A stretch of DNA of 62,232 bases, the filler included, from Rhabdomonas costata (Eukaryota): assembly GCA_019059605.1 (NCBI GenBank). It is 30 parts of 30 records of this genome, joined end to end, with 100 filler letters (N's around TTAATTAATTAA, not from the genome) between each part and the next. Parts side by side here need not be neighbours in the genome. Positions count along the whole stretch, not along the records: positions 1 to 1,980 come from JAHMHO010006779.1; positions 2,081 to 4,060 come from JAHMHO010006780.1; positions 4,161 to 6,139 come from JAHMHO010006781.1; positions 6,240 to 8,217 come from JAHMHO010006782.1; positions 8,318 to 10,297 come from JAHMHO010006783.1; positions 10,398 to 12,375 come from JAHMHO010006784.1; positions 12,476 to 14,453 come from JAHMHO010006785.1; 23 more parts are not named here. The stretch is one strand, 5' to 3'. Below the pieces are notes generated by a model. That model did not search any database. It saw only the letters and a program-made list of their open reading frames with translations, and was not told the origin of the DNA. The position numbers and the translations under genes are program-made. Within the stretch, counting starts at the first letter, position 1. Each line of letters begins with the position of its first letter. Shown here in pieces: positions 1 to 12,501 of this stretch.

Positions 1-265
1 GGGTGGGGCGCTGAGAGCCAAAGTCACTGGGGATCAATGGTCACTTTAATCCTGAACGGTCACCAAAAGTCCCCGCCATCACCACGACATAGGAGAAGGG
101 TGTAAAGATGGGATGAATGGCAATCCCGAATCTGGGGGTACGAATGGAAACAAAAAACATTGAGCGTTGTGTCACCCGTTGCCCACAGTGCCAAAATTCA
201 AAGACAAGTGAGAAAGGAAATCCGCTTGTAGGAATGGGGCGGTGGGCTGGCGGCAAGTCAGGCAC

Positions 266-1854
266 CTTCTCGGGATACTTTACAAAGTCGTCCTTCACGT
301 TGCGCTCCATCCAGTCCTCCCCAAAGTCCGTGCTATCCGGCTGAGGGTACCTGCACCAGCAAGGATGGACTGCTGGAGGGCAGTGATGAGAATCCTCGTT
401 TTTCCTTCAAATTAGGGGTCCACAGGCATTCACCCAGCGATCGCCTGCTTCAATAAAATTTCTGAAAACCTTTTTAACGGATTTTTCGACATCCAGTATT
501 CAGTTTCATCATTTGTTGCCCAACGCAAGCGGAGCACCGAAAGCAAATATTCTATAAAAACTTGAAAAAGAATAAAGATCTTTCAGAAAGTCAGGAATTT
601 CTTCAGAGAAAAGTAAAACCGCGTCTTCGACCGCTGAAATGGGTGTTCAGGCGGGAGTCCCAACATGCAATTTGTTTACGAATTAGCGGGGAATCATGAA
701 CTCCCTCCTCGCACTCCACGTTCTCCCCTTTTTCGGGTCCTTTTTTGTTACGTGTTTTCCGTTTTTTATACCGTCCGTACGAACGCAAAAATTGTGGCTA
801 GGCTGCCTCCAAACAATCAAGGGACGCCACCCAGCTGCTCCCATCCTCGGGTGTTCCAGCAGGGCTCGTACTACACGTAGAAACAGAAAGAGTGACGGTG
901 ACTAGAGCGTATCTGTGGGGTCCACACCAGAACTTCCCCTTCATGTCCTTGTTGCTCATCTTCAGCAGGTCAAACTTCTGCTCTTCCAGGCGCAACCCGT
1001 CCATGCCGTCCTCGCCGTAGACCCACTGGATGACCCGCCCTGTGGCGTCCCGCACCGTCCCATCGTACTCCGCCTTGATGTCCTCCAGGGCCTTGATCAG
1101 CTTGCGCTGGGGGAACAGGCAACATGTACATGACTATCTGCTTCAAAAGTATCTTCACATGCACTTTCAAAAGTAACGTTACGATAGAAATTTGCCGAAA
1201 GGTGCCGATCAAGTTTTTTTTCGTGGCGTTACTTTTTAAAAGATCTGTGAAGTTGCTGGACAGTGTGCACGAGTTGGTGCGAAGGTCTTTCTGCGGTCCA
1301 TGGGTTTTTGGGTTTTTTCTCGCTTGATCACCTTCGGCTGCGGGGCGGAAGTCCTTAAGACCTCCTCGACAGCAAATTACCGCGGTTTGTTGCACCTTAC
1401 ATACATGCTGTGCTCGCCAGCCGCCTCGCACGTGCACTTGAGGAGGAGGTTCTTGTGAGGATAACGCGAAATCATTTTCCACCAAGCAGGCCCAACCTTC
1501 GATGGACTGCGAGCTCAAACGTCTCACTCCAAACTTCCCTCATAACACACATGAGACTGGGAGGTTAGGATAAGAAAAAGGTGTGTGCGTTCCCACGAAG
1601 ATGCATATAGCAATGGATGCCTGGATGTAGCCCGTCTCGGAGGTCTTCACGGCGGTGTCGATGAGCCCCTCGCGGCCCCCCATGGCGTGGAAGAACATCT
1701 CCTGCGGGGTGAGCCCGCGGAGGTAACAATTCTCCACAAACCCGCGGCTCTCCGGGCCGTGGTCATCCTGAGTGAAGTGGGGCAGCGTGCGGCGGCGGAA
1801 CCCAAAGGGGATCCGCTTGCCCTCCACGTTCTGCTGCCCCACGCAGGCCGCAAT
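266..1854 (-). CDS. RPB1: RNA polymerase II largest subunit, internal fragment (3 exons)
   Basis: Exons 1854-1621, 1106-928 and 350-266 splice in frame to [19 protein letters not shown]...[34 protein letters not shown]...YGEDGMDG...[16 protein letters not shown], the conserved F/bridge-helix region. [15 protein letters not shown] is Pol II-type. Intron 1107-1620 is GC-AG; intron 351-927 is GT-AG. Confidence 0.96.
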
Positions 1855-1980
1855 CTGAAAAGCACAGAAAAAAAGAGAGAGGAAAACTACACTTACCTTC
1901 GGAAACATTCGTTTCCCGGTGTCCAAGGAAACAGTAAGGGCCAATATCACGAGCTCTTTTGTCATTTGCACAACCCCACC

Positions 1981-2080
1981 NNNNNNNNNNNNNNNNNNNN
2001 NNNNNNNNNNNNNNNNNNNNNNNNTTAATTAATTAANNNNNNNNNNNNNNNNNNNNNNNNNNNNNNNNNNNNNNNNNNNN
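1981..2080. other. Artificial contig spacer (first of 29)
   Basis: 44 N + TTAATTAATTAA (stops in all six frames) + 44 N. Identical spacers start at 4061, 6140, 8218, 10298, 12376, 14454, 16530, 18608, 20686, 22764, 24842, 26919, 28997, 31074, 33149, 35226, 37303, 39380, 41457, 43535, 45612, 47701, 49778, 51854, 53930, 56006, 58082 and 60157. Confidence 0.99.
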
Positions 2081-2172
2081 TGTTTGCGATTGCGGCAAAC
2101 CCGAACTTCTCGAAGCCTCGATGGGTTGGGGAGGAGCGGGAGGACCCCGGGCACTACCTTCTTCTTGAGGAG

Positions 2173-2673
2173 GTGCTTCCGGGGGTGGACCTGACCGAAG
2201 TTCTTAGGACTGCGCTTGGTGACCTCAATCTTCAGAAAGGTCACATTGCGGGTACCTCGTATGATTATGAGCTAATTGTGCCCGTGAGGAAACTGTCCGT
2301 CTGCTCAGCGGTTGCGGAAGTCGGAAATGGCCCCGTTGAAGGCTCCTGCCCAGTTGGTCGGGGTGAGCTTCTTTTGACGAGCGTGGAGGAAGGGCTTGTA
2401 ATCCGAGCCTTTGCGACGCCCCATTTCTCCACTCACTTTGTGATTGAGAACGCGCAGGCTGCGTACATGGCCCCACTTAGCTACTTCCCTGAGGAGGACG
2501 AGGTTCTGTTCGCTCCGTTGTCCCGATTCCTCGTTCGGGAGGTGGAAAAGAATTTTCCGAATAATCCGGACAAAATCACGCTTGTTAACCTTTCCTCGGA
2601 CTGCTCTTCAGAGCGCCCTCCGACTCCGCCTTGCCATCCGAGTACTGCAGTGCTGCTGCCACCTTCCAGTTGA
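2173..2673 (+). CDS. ADP-ribosyltransferase-like (R-S-E/ARTC clade) C-terminal region, partial
   Basis: FVIENAQAAYMAPLSYFPEEDEVLFAPLSRFLVREV matches the S-x-(F/Y)-P-x-E-x-E-V-L-F active-site strand. The upstream catalytic Arg and a full STS motif are not clearly visible, and the 5' structure is uncertain. Confidence 0.5.
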   Translation: MLPGVDLTEVLRTALGDLNLQKGHIAGTSYDYELIVPVRKLSVCSAVAEVGNGPVEGSCPVGRGELLLTSVEEGLVIRAFATPHFSTHFVIENAQAAYMAPLSYFPEEDEVLFAPLSRFLVREVEKNFPNNPDKITLVNLSSDCSSERPPTPPCHPSTAVLLPPSS

Positions 2674-3255
2674 TTTCATGTTTTTTCAGGATTAAGCGTG
2701 ATTCTTTCGTGTTCTTTATTTCGTTTCTCCTTCGCCTTCTGGATACTTAGCTTTTAACTTCTGTTTACATGCTTTCCCGGAAATTGGATGGTTTAATCTG
2801 ATGTTTTGTTTGTAAATCGATGGTTTCTGTGAAGTTCCTTGTCTGGTGGCACATGCGCCTTTTTCCTTTGGCTCCTTTGCATTCCTTTGTGAAACACTTT
2901 ATCTATACAAGACTGTAGGTGAGAATCACTCTAAAATTACCTGGTTCATGCTTCTGTCTTCCTGTGAGAACGACCCCTGGTTACGTGTGATCGCATTTGG
3001 AGTAGATCGGTTTGGTGGTGTCGTAATCAAACAGGAATTTCGTTAGTGAATGTGATAGTTCCGCATACGCATACGGCAGTGCAACTCCGATCCACCCGCA
3101 CTACTGAAGGGCCACACTCGCTCACACGATAGGTTTTATGACAGGACTGTACTATGTGCTGGCTTTTTAATTGCTATGGTGCAATCTTCTGAAGCAATGT
3201 CACTGTTGACCGCTCTTTGGGGTTTTTTTTTGCTGGAACGAAAGCAATTGCACCA

Positions 3256-3340
3256 ATGATTAGAATAAGCTTGGCCCTTCAGTTCACCCTCCTGGCGATG
3301 CTCTTTGGAGTGGTAGCCGCCTCTCAGGACAACAAGAACG
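3256..3340 (+). CDS. First exon of a secreted or membrane protein (signal peptide)
   Basis: ATG at 3256 gives MIRISLALQFTLLAMLFGVVAASQDNKN (basic n-region, hydrophobic core, VAA-S cleavage-like site), then donor G|GTACGT. Confidence 0.55.
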
Positions 3341-4954
3341 GTACGTTGTGGCTTCTACGGTTTTGTTTCCTCTCGGTTTTTTTTGACACCCGGGAAGGCG
3401 AGTTCCTTGGTATTGGCTTTTCTGCGTTGGTGTGGTTGTTTGCGTAGCCGCAGTATCTCTTTTTTCCTTCGGGCTCTTTCCCCATTTCTTTTTGTTATTT
3501 CTTCATTACTGCACGTCTCTCCCCTGGCCTTTGCGCACGCAGAAATCCAGGGTGGCAATGAAACTGGACGTTGAGAACTTTTTTGCCATGGTTTTACTCA
3601 CCCGTGACCTCAGCTTTTGTTCGCACTTCCCTCAGTGAAGGGGGGTGGATCTTCACGGTCACGGGCATCTTCCCTTTCCCGCTGCCCCAACCGCCCGGAC
3701 ACGGGACAGAGTATCACAGGCTTCACTTTTTTCTTGTCTCTATTAATTTCATACAAGAGCAGAAAACACACCCGCACCTTTCTCGGTTTCTCGACTGTTT
3801 GGCACGTTCCTTCTTTCTTGTGCACAGCGAAGTTCCTTCCTTCTTCGTGCACACAAATGCAACTGATGTTCCTCGCTTCTGGGCCTGGGGTTTTGAGTTG
3901 CTTTGTACTTTCCGAAAGTTGACTTTGGGGATCACTGTTAGAACCTGTGCGGGCATATGTCGAGCCCAATCTTTCGGCTGGTGCTGCTTAGCAGTAGCAT
4001 GTTGACATAGGAGCTGGGGTCTCTGACTGCCATCGGTTCTGGCACGTTTTAACAACACAANNNNNNNNNNNNNNNNNNNNNNNNNNNNNNNNNNNNNNNN
4101 NNNNTTAATTAATTAANNNNNNNNNNNNNNNNNNNNNNNNNNNNNNNNNNNNNNNNNNNNGTTTTGTTTTGTTATGAGGGGTGGGGGCTGCGGAGGTTTT
4201 GCGACGGCGCCCACGGCCGTGCCGCGAGGCCACAGGCTATTCAGGAAATGGAAAGGGCGGGTAGGCGGCAGTCGCTGAGCAGAAGCTTCTGTGAGAAAAC
4301 GCTCTGCGGGGACCTGCAACTCCTGTCCTGATCAATCAACACCCAATACAGCACCTGCACCTCATTCTCACCCCAATACCGCCGACCTTGTGGTGGTTGC
4401 CACTTGTGCTTGGCGCCGTTTATCACTGAGCTGTCGGCACCCCGCTTGTCAACAGACCTGAAGATTTTTTTGGGGTAAAGGCATTGGGGTGAGGGGGAGA
4501 GCGGTGCCGGCGGCGCGATGCGTTTTTGGGGTGGTGGCTTTCCCCGTGAGTCCTGATTTCCAACATCCTATGTCTGAGAAAACATTTTTTGCAGCGTCCT
4601 TAAAAGGAGAGGGTTTGTTTTTATGCTAGAGTGCACAACTAGCCTCCCCCTCCATCCCTCCCTCCCCTAATGTTACTGGTACCGCACCTGAGCAGACATG
4701 CTTGCTGTTTTGATGGTACAACTTGACCATGCTCATTTGTCCACTTGGGCCCGCACCAGCGACACCACAATGCATCGGAATTTGCCAAAGAAATGCCAGC
4801 GTTACAGATAATAAAACCCGATTCCCAGGAATCCCAGGAATGCCAACAGCGGATGTCACCCCAGGTTTCATCAACCCGTACAAAAATGCGTTTGGGTGTG
4901 TGTGCCCTCTTTTTCTGTGGTGGTTGCTTTTTCGTGTGTGCCCTATGGCCTCAG

Positions 4955-5403
4955 ATGAACGACACCTTCGCCCGGATGGCTGCTGTTGTGGACAAGCAGA
5001 ATGCCTCGGATAAGAAGTACAAGCCGATGGCCACGGTTCTGCACGGCAGCCTGGCATACGCGGTTCGTCCCCAACGCCCGCTCCCCTCCCCTCATCTCAA
5101 AAATTACGTTTTTACCTTGAAAGCTATTCTTCGGTTTACTCTGTGTATCTGTCGCTGTCTCTTTCTCACCAACGTCAGGATACTGCCATCGAGTTCGACG
5201 GGGGGGAAGTGGGTAAAATTTTGGGTCCATAGGAACCATCCTCTGTCAAGCGTATTGCTCACACCACTTTTGGGTCGATGTGGTCAGTGTTTGAGGCTGC
5301 CGACACAGGGATTCCCTGCCCGTTTCAGTTATCACACACATCGCCATACATCGTCTTCAGGCCGCCATTGAGATGGTGCACCAGGGCATGAACACGATGA
5401 ACG
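4955..5403 (+). CDS. Two exons of an unidentified protein
   Basis: Exons 4955-5062 and 5361-5403 have CAG acceptors and GT donors, compatible phase and GC3-rich codons: MNDTFARMAAVVDKQNASDKKYKPMATVLHGSLAYA|AAIEMVHQGMNTMN. Confidence 0.5.
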
Positions 5404-6829
5404 GTACTCGCTTGCCTGCTTGTGTGGAGTGCTTGGGGTGATAGGGTTCCCGAGACTAATGGCCCAAAGGCCGCTGGTGCAACTCCCAATCGTGCCCCTG
5501 CTGCGTGTGCACATGGGGGTGCGACTTTCTCAGCCCTTCTTCAAGGTTAAACCCGAGCCAAGGACCTTTTTCTTTACGCAAGACCCCAGGCCTGCTTCGG
5601 CTTAGCCCTGACGTTTTTCTTTGCTCACATAAAATTCTGCCAGACCCTCGTTTTACCCACCTTTGAGCAGACATAACCCACCCTAACCAATGGCAAAATT
5701 CACCGTGAAAACGCTACGTCGGACCTTGTTGCTATCCTCTCTTTGCTTGATGTGCTCACTGACTACTGTTGTGGAACGCCCTTCGCAGTGGCCTATTTGT
5801 TTAGCTAAAAAATGCATCTTGTTGGTTCCATCAACGATACCTCATTCCAACGCTGCGAGTTCTAAAACGACAATTCAGAAAGTGTGACCCAGAAACGTCC
5901 GGCTTTGCGTTCACAGGGTACACGGAGCCTGTTCTCCACCGAGTCCGCCGCGCGGTGAAGGCCCAAGCGAAAAAATGACCCCGGAGGCTGTGCCACCTCT
6001 GAGATATATACACGCCGGCGAGAGTGCCCTCCTGCTTTCAGTCCTTTTGTGGAGGTGGGCAAGAAGCTCACTTGTTGCTGTGCTGCCATATATATTTCGC
6101 CCCCCCAGCGGTTGGCTCGGGGTTGCCCGACCACCCAACNNNNNNNNNNNNNNNNNNNNNNNNNNNNNNNNNNNNNNNNNNNNTTAATTAATTAANNNNN
6201 NNNNNNNNNNNNNNNNNNNNNNNNNNNNNNNNNNNNNNNGTTGTTTTGGGTTTTCCTTCTGCCTTCGTTCTGCTTGGACGTGCGCGTTGGGGAATTGTGT
6301 GTGTGTGTGTGTGTCAAACGCAAATAATAGTCCCTCCTTATTGTATGCCTGCTGTATGCTGCCTGCGTGCGTGGATTTGTTCGTGTGTTTGTGTATGTGT
6401 GTGTGTTACGACAGGACATTGAGTGGGAGGTCAACAACAATCTGTTCCGACACTGTCGCACAGTGTGGGACTCCATGCTGCTCTCCAAGCAGCTCGCGCT
6501 TCTGAAGGTCGGAGTTTTGGGGTGAGAAAGGGAGTGTTGACCGAAGTGGGGCTGAGAGCAAACATTCGGAATTGCTTTGTGGACACGAGGGGCCATGTGT
6601 TGACTACTCGCGTTTCAATATGGACCGAGTTTGCTCTACCGATTCGCAAGTTGGGGCCCCGTGTGATTCTCATAGGAGCATACTTCGTACTTACTGCCAC
6701 GAAAAAAGTGCTTCTCTGGGCTTACTTAAAATAGAATTTAAAAAACGCGACGGCAGATATGAAGAACAGGAATAGCATGAATTGAATGGTTTTTCGCAAA
6801 GACGGCCCATTGTATCCTGTTATCTGCAG

Positions 6830-6958
6830 CAATGCCTGGACATCTACCTCCACATTGAGGTGCACCACGTGGACCGGCCGTGGCTCCGCGCTCACTTTGG
6901 GCGCGCCCGACAGCTCCCCTTCCACTGGAACCCCCAGCTGAAGATGTTCGAGCACTGA
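6830..6958 (+). CDS. Terminal exon of an unidentified protein
   Basis: After CTGCAG acceptor: QCLDIYLHIEVHHVDRPWLRAHFGRARQLPFHWNPQLKMFEH*, with strongly GC3-biased codons. Confidence 0.5.
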   Translation, partial: QCLDIYLHIEVHHVDRPWLRAHFGRARQLPFHWNPQLKMFEH

Positions 6959-7767
6959 GAGAGGCTCCCGTAGCCACTCCATATCACTTCTTGTCTCCCC
7001 ATATGTGGGGCCGTGGGAGAAGCGGCTCGCTGGGCACCACCACCTTTTCCTCACAGACCTCTTTTGCTGGGCAATTGTGAAGTGTTAGGAGCAGACTGGG
7101 ACGATCGGCAGCTGCCGCCCTTCAGAGTGCCACAGTTTTGAGTGGGAAGTGTGCCGTTTTTTGTCGTTTCTGAACGCCATCAGCGGGAACTCAGGTGCCA
7201 TCTCTGCGCACAAAGTTCATCAACCCGTCCCAGCAAGCAACAACCCCCCAACATCTTTTGCGAGATGTTGTCCCAAAGACCCGCAAAAGCAGAGAGCCTT
7301 TCCCCTTTGTCTTCCGAGAAGGATGGCAACAAAAGGCTCCCATCACTCGTCGTCGTCGTCGTCGTGGTGGGCCGATAGGGAGTGTTGGTTGCGGTGACCT
7401 ACACTTGGTGGAAGAGGTGGAGGAAAGTGTTCAAGATCCTAATTAGCATCGCACCGTCAAAAGTGTTGAAGGTGGGTTTCGGTTGTGTTTTCCTTGTAGC
7501 CCGTCACAAGTTTTGCCGCCCGGAGCTGCGATAAGTCTGAATTTGCATCATCCTTTTTCATATTTGAGCGCGGGGGAGTTTCCTTGCCGATAACACTCTC
7601 TAACTCAGCCCCGGTCACGGGGTTGTCATGAACACAGTCGTGGCAACTTGAAAACGATTCACCAAACGTGATTGTTATCAACATCATCATCGCGTCCATT
7701 TTCCATTACCCTGTCTCTTTTGATCAGTGCTCAGTGCTCGTTGGCGTCCCGGGGGTGTTTTTGACGA

Positions 7768-7861
7768 ATGGTGCGTGTGAAGAGGGGAGGCAAAGACAAG
7801 CCGAAGCCGAAGCCGAAGCCGGAACCCAAGGGTCTCCCGAAAGGCAAGCTCCCCGCTAAAG
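7768..7861 (+). CDS. Possible first exon, Lys/Pro-rich
   Basis: MVRVKRGGKDKPKPKPKPEPKGLPKGKLPAK followed by G|GTTTGG. The downstream exon phase was not resolved. Confidence 0.35.
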
Positions 7862-8328
7862 GTTTGGTTGCTCCAACCCGGTGCTTTTCTTTTAATTGCG
7901 CCACCTCCTATGAAAAAGACAACGCTTTCCCCTTCTGGAGGCTCATCTCATTCATGAAGCAGGTACTGAGCCACTTGTACTCGGGAGCACAGCTCGCAGT
8001 TTGTGGCTCTGGCAGCTACTCCTTTTCCTGTAGGTGAGTCAGGTGGGCGAGTACAGGAATCCGCATCTGCTAAACGACAAAAACCGATCCTTTTTTGAGA
8101 TTTTATTTGCCGACCACGGTCACCGGAGAGACCGGAACGTAGTGGAGGGATCTCACGACCAGCAGAATACAGCCCTGTCGTCACTCCCCGGCATAAGCCG
8201 GTACGTTCCCCCCAACANNNNNNNNNNNNNNNNNNNNNNNNNNNNNNNNNNNNNNNNNNNNTTAATTAATTAANNNNNNNNNNNNNNNNNNNNNNNNNNN
8301 NNNNNNNNNNNNNNNNNGTTTTGGTGTA

Positions 8329-8405
8329 AGGAAAAGGAAATGGAAATGGAAATGGAAATGGAAAGGAAAGAAAAGGAAAAGGAAAAGGAAAAGGAAAAGG
8401 AAAGG
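8329..8405. repeat. Purine-rich (GGAAAT/GGAAAA)n simple repeat
   Basis: Tandem GGAAAT then GGAAAA units are directly visible. Confidence 0.9.
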
Positions 8406-8831
8406 GGGAATCAGGAGAAGCAAGAGGTCTGGACATAAACGATGCACCAAGTGGAATCAAACCTCCGACAGGCGCGTAGTAATGCTAAGCAGATGCTGGT
8501 GAAGAATAATTGAGAAAGGAGCTCGAAGCCTGAGGCTGTGGGACGCGCAACAATGCGAGCCCGCGGTTTGCTTTTTTTCCTATCCACTTTTTGCGTTCTG
8601 TTGTGTCTGGAGCTCTCTTCCGTCATCCCACCATCCCACCGATGTAAAAGATGGTGCCGTCCTTAAAACACCGACCGCAAGATCTTACCCCATTCCCGCC
8701 ACCCTTCTCAGGGGCTACAAGTGACCAAAACGAACATCGCTTGGTTTGATCAACTAAAAAATAAAATGAATGAAAACGAAGTGAATTTGCGACTTCGCCA
8801 AAGAAGGACAGGAAGAAAGCCACGGCAATAC

Positions 8832-10087
<1,256 letters not shown>

Positions 10088-11438
10088 TCACCAAGCAATG
10101 CCGACATCAATGTCAAGCTGATGTTCAATGCAATTATATTGAACATTATTTGTATGGTGTTCCTTTTCATCCATCTTTGGGGTCCTCGCTTTCAGCCCTT
10201 CTTCTTTTAGCCCTCTCTGTAGCCCAAATCGTAACACATTACACAGCGAACCAACGAAACCACCTGGGAATAATGTGAATTAGTTTCAACAAAAACCNNN
10301 NNNNNNNNNNNNNNNNNNNNNNNNNNNNNNNNNNNNNNNNNTTAATTAATTAANNNNNNNNNNNNNNNNNNNNNNNNNNNNNNNNNNNNNNNNNNNNCTG
10401 GAAGCCCCACTTCCTCCCGGGGAAGCGGAGGGCTGCTGGGGCGGCTCTGCGGAGACTCCTCCTCGGCGGTAGTGGAGGACCACGAGCTGCCGGGGCTGAT
10501 GCACAGCTTTGTCGAGCGCAGTGGGCTGTACAACAGCATGGGTGTGTGTGGTGCCCTTAGGGGGCCTTAGGGGTTCCACGTCCTCAACTACGCACTCCCG
10601 ACCGATGTTCGCTCATTTTCTAACTGAGAGGTCACTTCCAGCTGCCGTAGTATTGGCGATGGGACTCGGGTGATCGGGTGGGACGCATATTGTTGTACAT
10701 CATTGTGCGGGAGTGGATGCGTCCATCCGCATCCAGTCCCGCACAATGTGGTAATTTTTGTATGTTGACTGAACTGGTGGATGTGACTGAGGGTGGGTGG
10801 GTGGCAGGCTGCGTTTCGCAAAGGCTTCACCATTACCGATTACTAGCTGCTGTCGCACTCACACCTATGTGACTTTTGAAGACCCAGGTCTGTGTTGTCT
10901 TCTTTTACAGTTCACAAAAATGCAAGCCCATAACAACCCTGTGCAGGGCACGAATCTGCTTGCTGTGTTTGCAATGGAATATATTGGACTTCCGAATCTT
11001 CAGCGGCGCAGTTAACGACAACAGCTTTTTATTCCCTTCTTCATCCCTTGATTTGCTTCGGTGTTTCCTATTCATTTTTCCACAGACTCGGTCTCCCAGT
11101 ATCTTTCCCTGGACTGCTGCTGGAGGGGACTCACCGCGCTGTGCTGGAAAACCTTTGGAGTCCGAATCGAGCCGCTGCCCATCGCCCCCTTTGAGCGATG
11201 GCACAAAACCGTTAGGTCTCACCTTGACCACTGCGATTTTATTCTTTTGTTGATTTCCGATTCTGCACCTGTACTGGGCACCATTCTTTATGGTCCGCGT
11301 TGTTAGCGTTAACCTTTTGACCCATGGTGACGGAAATGTTGACGCTGCTTTCGGTTGTTGTTGTTGTGTGGCATCATCGGCATAAAACGATGTGCAGAGG
11401 TGCACGGTTGGAGCTGTTGGTGGGTTCTCCAACCTCAG

Positions 11439-11580
11439 AAAGTTTAGTGTGAGCCATGCCACGGATGGCTTTCTGGGCACCCTGTACATCGACCTGTTTG
11501 CTCGCTCGAACAAGCTGGCCTCTGGGGGCCACCTCACCGTGCAGACGGGCTGCCGACTCCACGACGAAGTCTTGGACCTG
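11439..11580 (+). CDS. MIPEP: Mitochondrial intermediate peptidase (M3A family) internal exon
   Basis: KFSVSHATDGFLGTLYIDLFARSNKLASGGHLTVQTGCRLHDEVLDL fits the M3A/MIP segment LGxxYxDxxxRxxK...HxT...G. CAG acceptor and GTGTGG donor. A probable upstream exon lies at about 10398-10545; its frame is ambiguous. Confidence 0.75.
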
Positions 11581-12501
11581 GTGTGGGCCCAACCTCCACC
11601 CTCACCCCTTCCAAAGCTTTTGCAGCAGTTCCCCTCGAACTCAGAGTTCCCGGAAACAGGACGCCACACATGGAAAAAGACCTGCCTGCCTGCCTCTGAC
11701 TAGTGCCTCTGACAGTTGAATAACAAGTTGGTGAATAGACCTGGGGAGTACATCTGGGCTCAACTCAGAAGTGTGGAGTAAGTCAGGGGTATTTCGACTC
11801 TCGGGTGCATGATAGATTTCAAGTGTTGTTGGGTGCTAGTTCATTTATGGGCCTCCTCCCCCCCATTTATGCTGCCCCCTGCCCTTCAGTAGGGCGGATC
11901 CACCCTATTTGAGCAGTGAAGTACTTTTATGGACCCCTTCCTGAGAGTGCAAGGGGGTGGGAGGCGAAGAAGACACTTTCCGCGAATCACGTGTCCCTTG
12001 GGACTCTTTCCAGGGTGTCTTGAGCCAAACTTGGCCCAAACTCCCAGGAGCTTTCTTTTATTGGACATGCATGTGTGGAGTACAGCAGAGATGGAGGGAC
12101 TTAAATGCACTTACTAGGGGGGGGGCATTAATGCACTTATGCCTTTGCTGCTGTGCTTTGTTGATAATTTGCTTGGCTCGCTCCTGTAACTTCGTTCTAT
12201 TCGGGCGTTCGAGTGAAGCGGGGTGTTAGCTTTTGCACACACGACAGACAAACCACTGTTAGTTGCAGCTGTCTTTGACGGCGCGGTGAAGCCTGTTGGC
12301 GAATGCACTACACATAAATCTTTCTCCACTTCAAAGGTGGACCCCTCCCGGAAGTCCTCAGGCAGACACAACAAANNNNNNNNNNNNNNNNNNNNNNNNN
12401 NNNNNNNNNNNNNNNNNNNTTAATTAATTAANNNNNNNNNNNNNNNNNNNNNNNNNNNNNNNNNNNNNNNNNNNNGGGGTTGTGGAGGTATCAATGTATA
12501 T

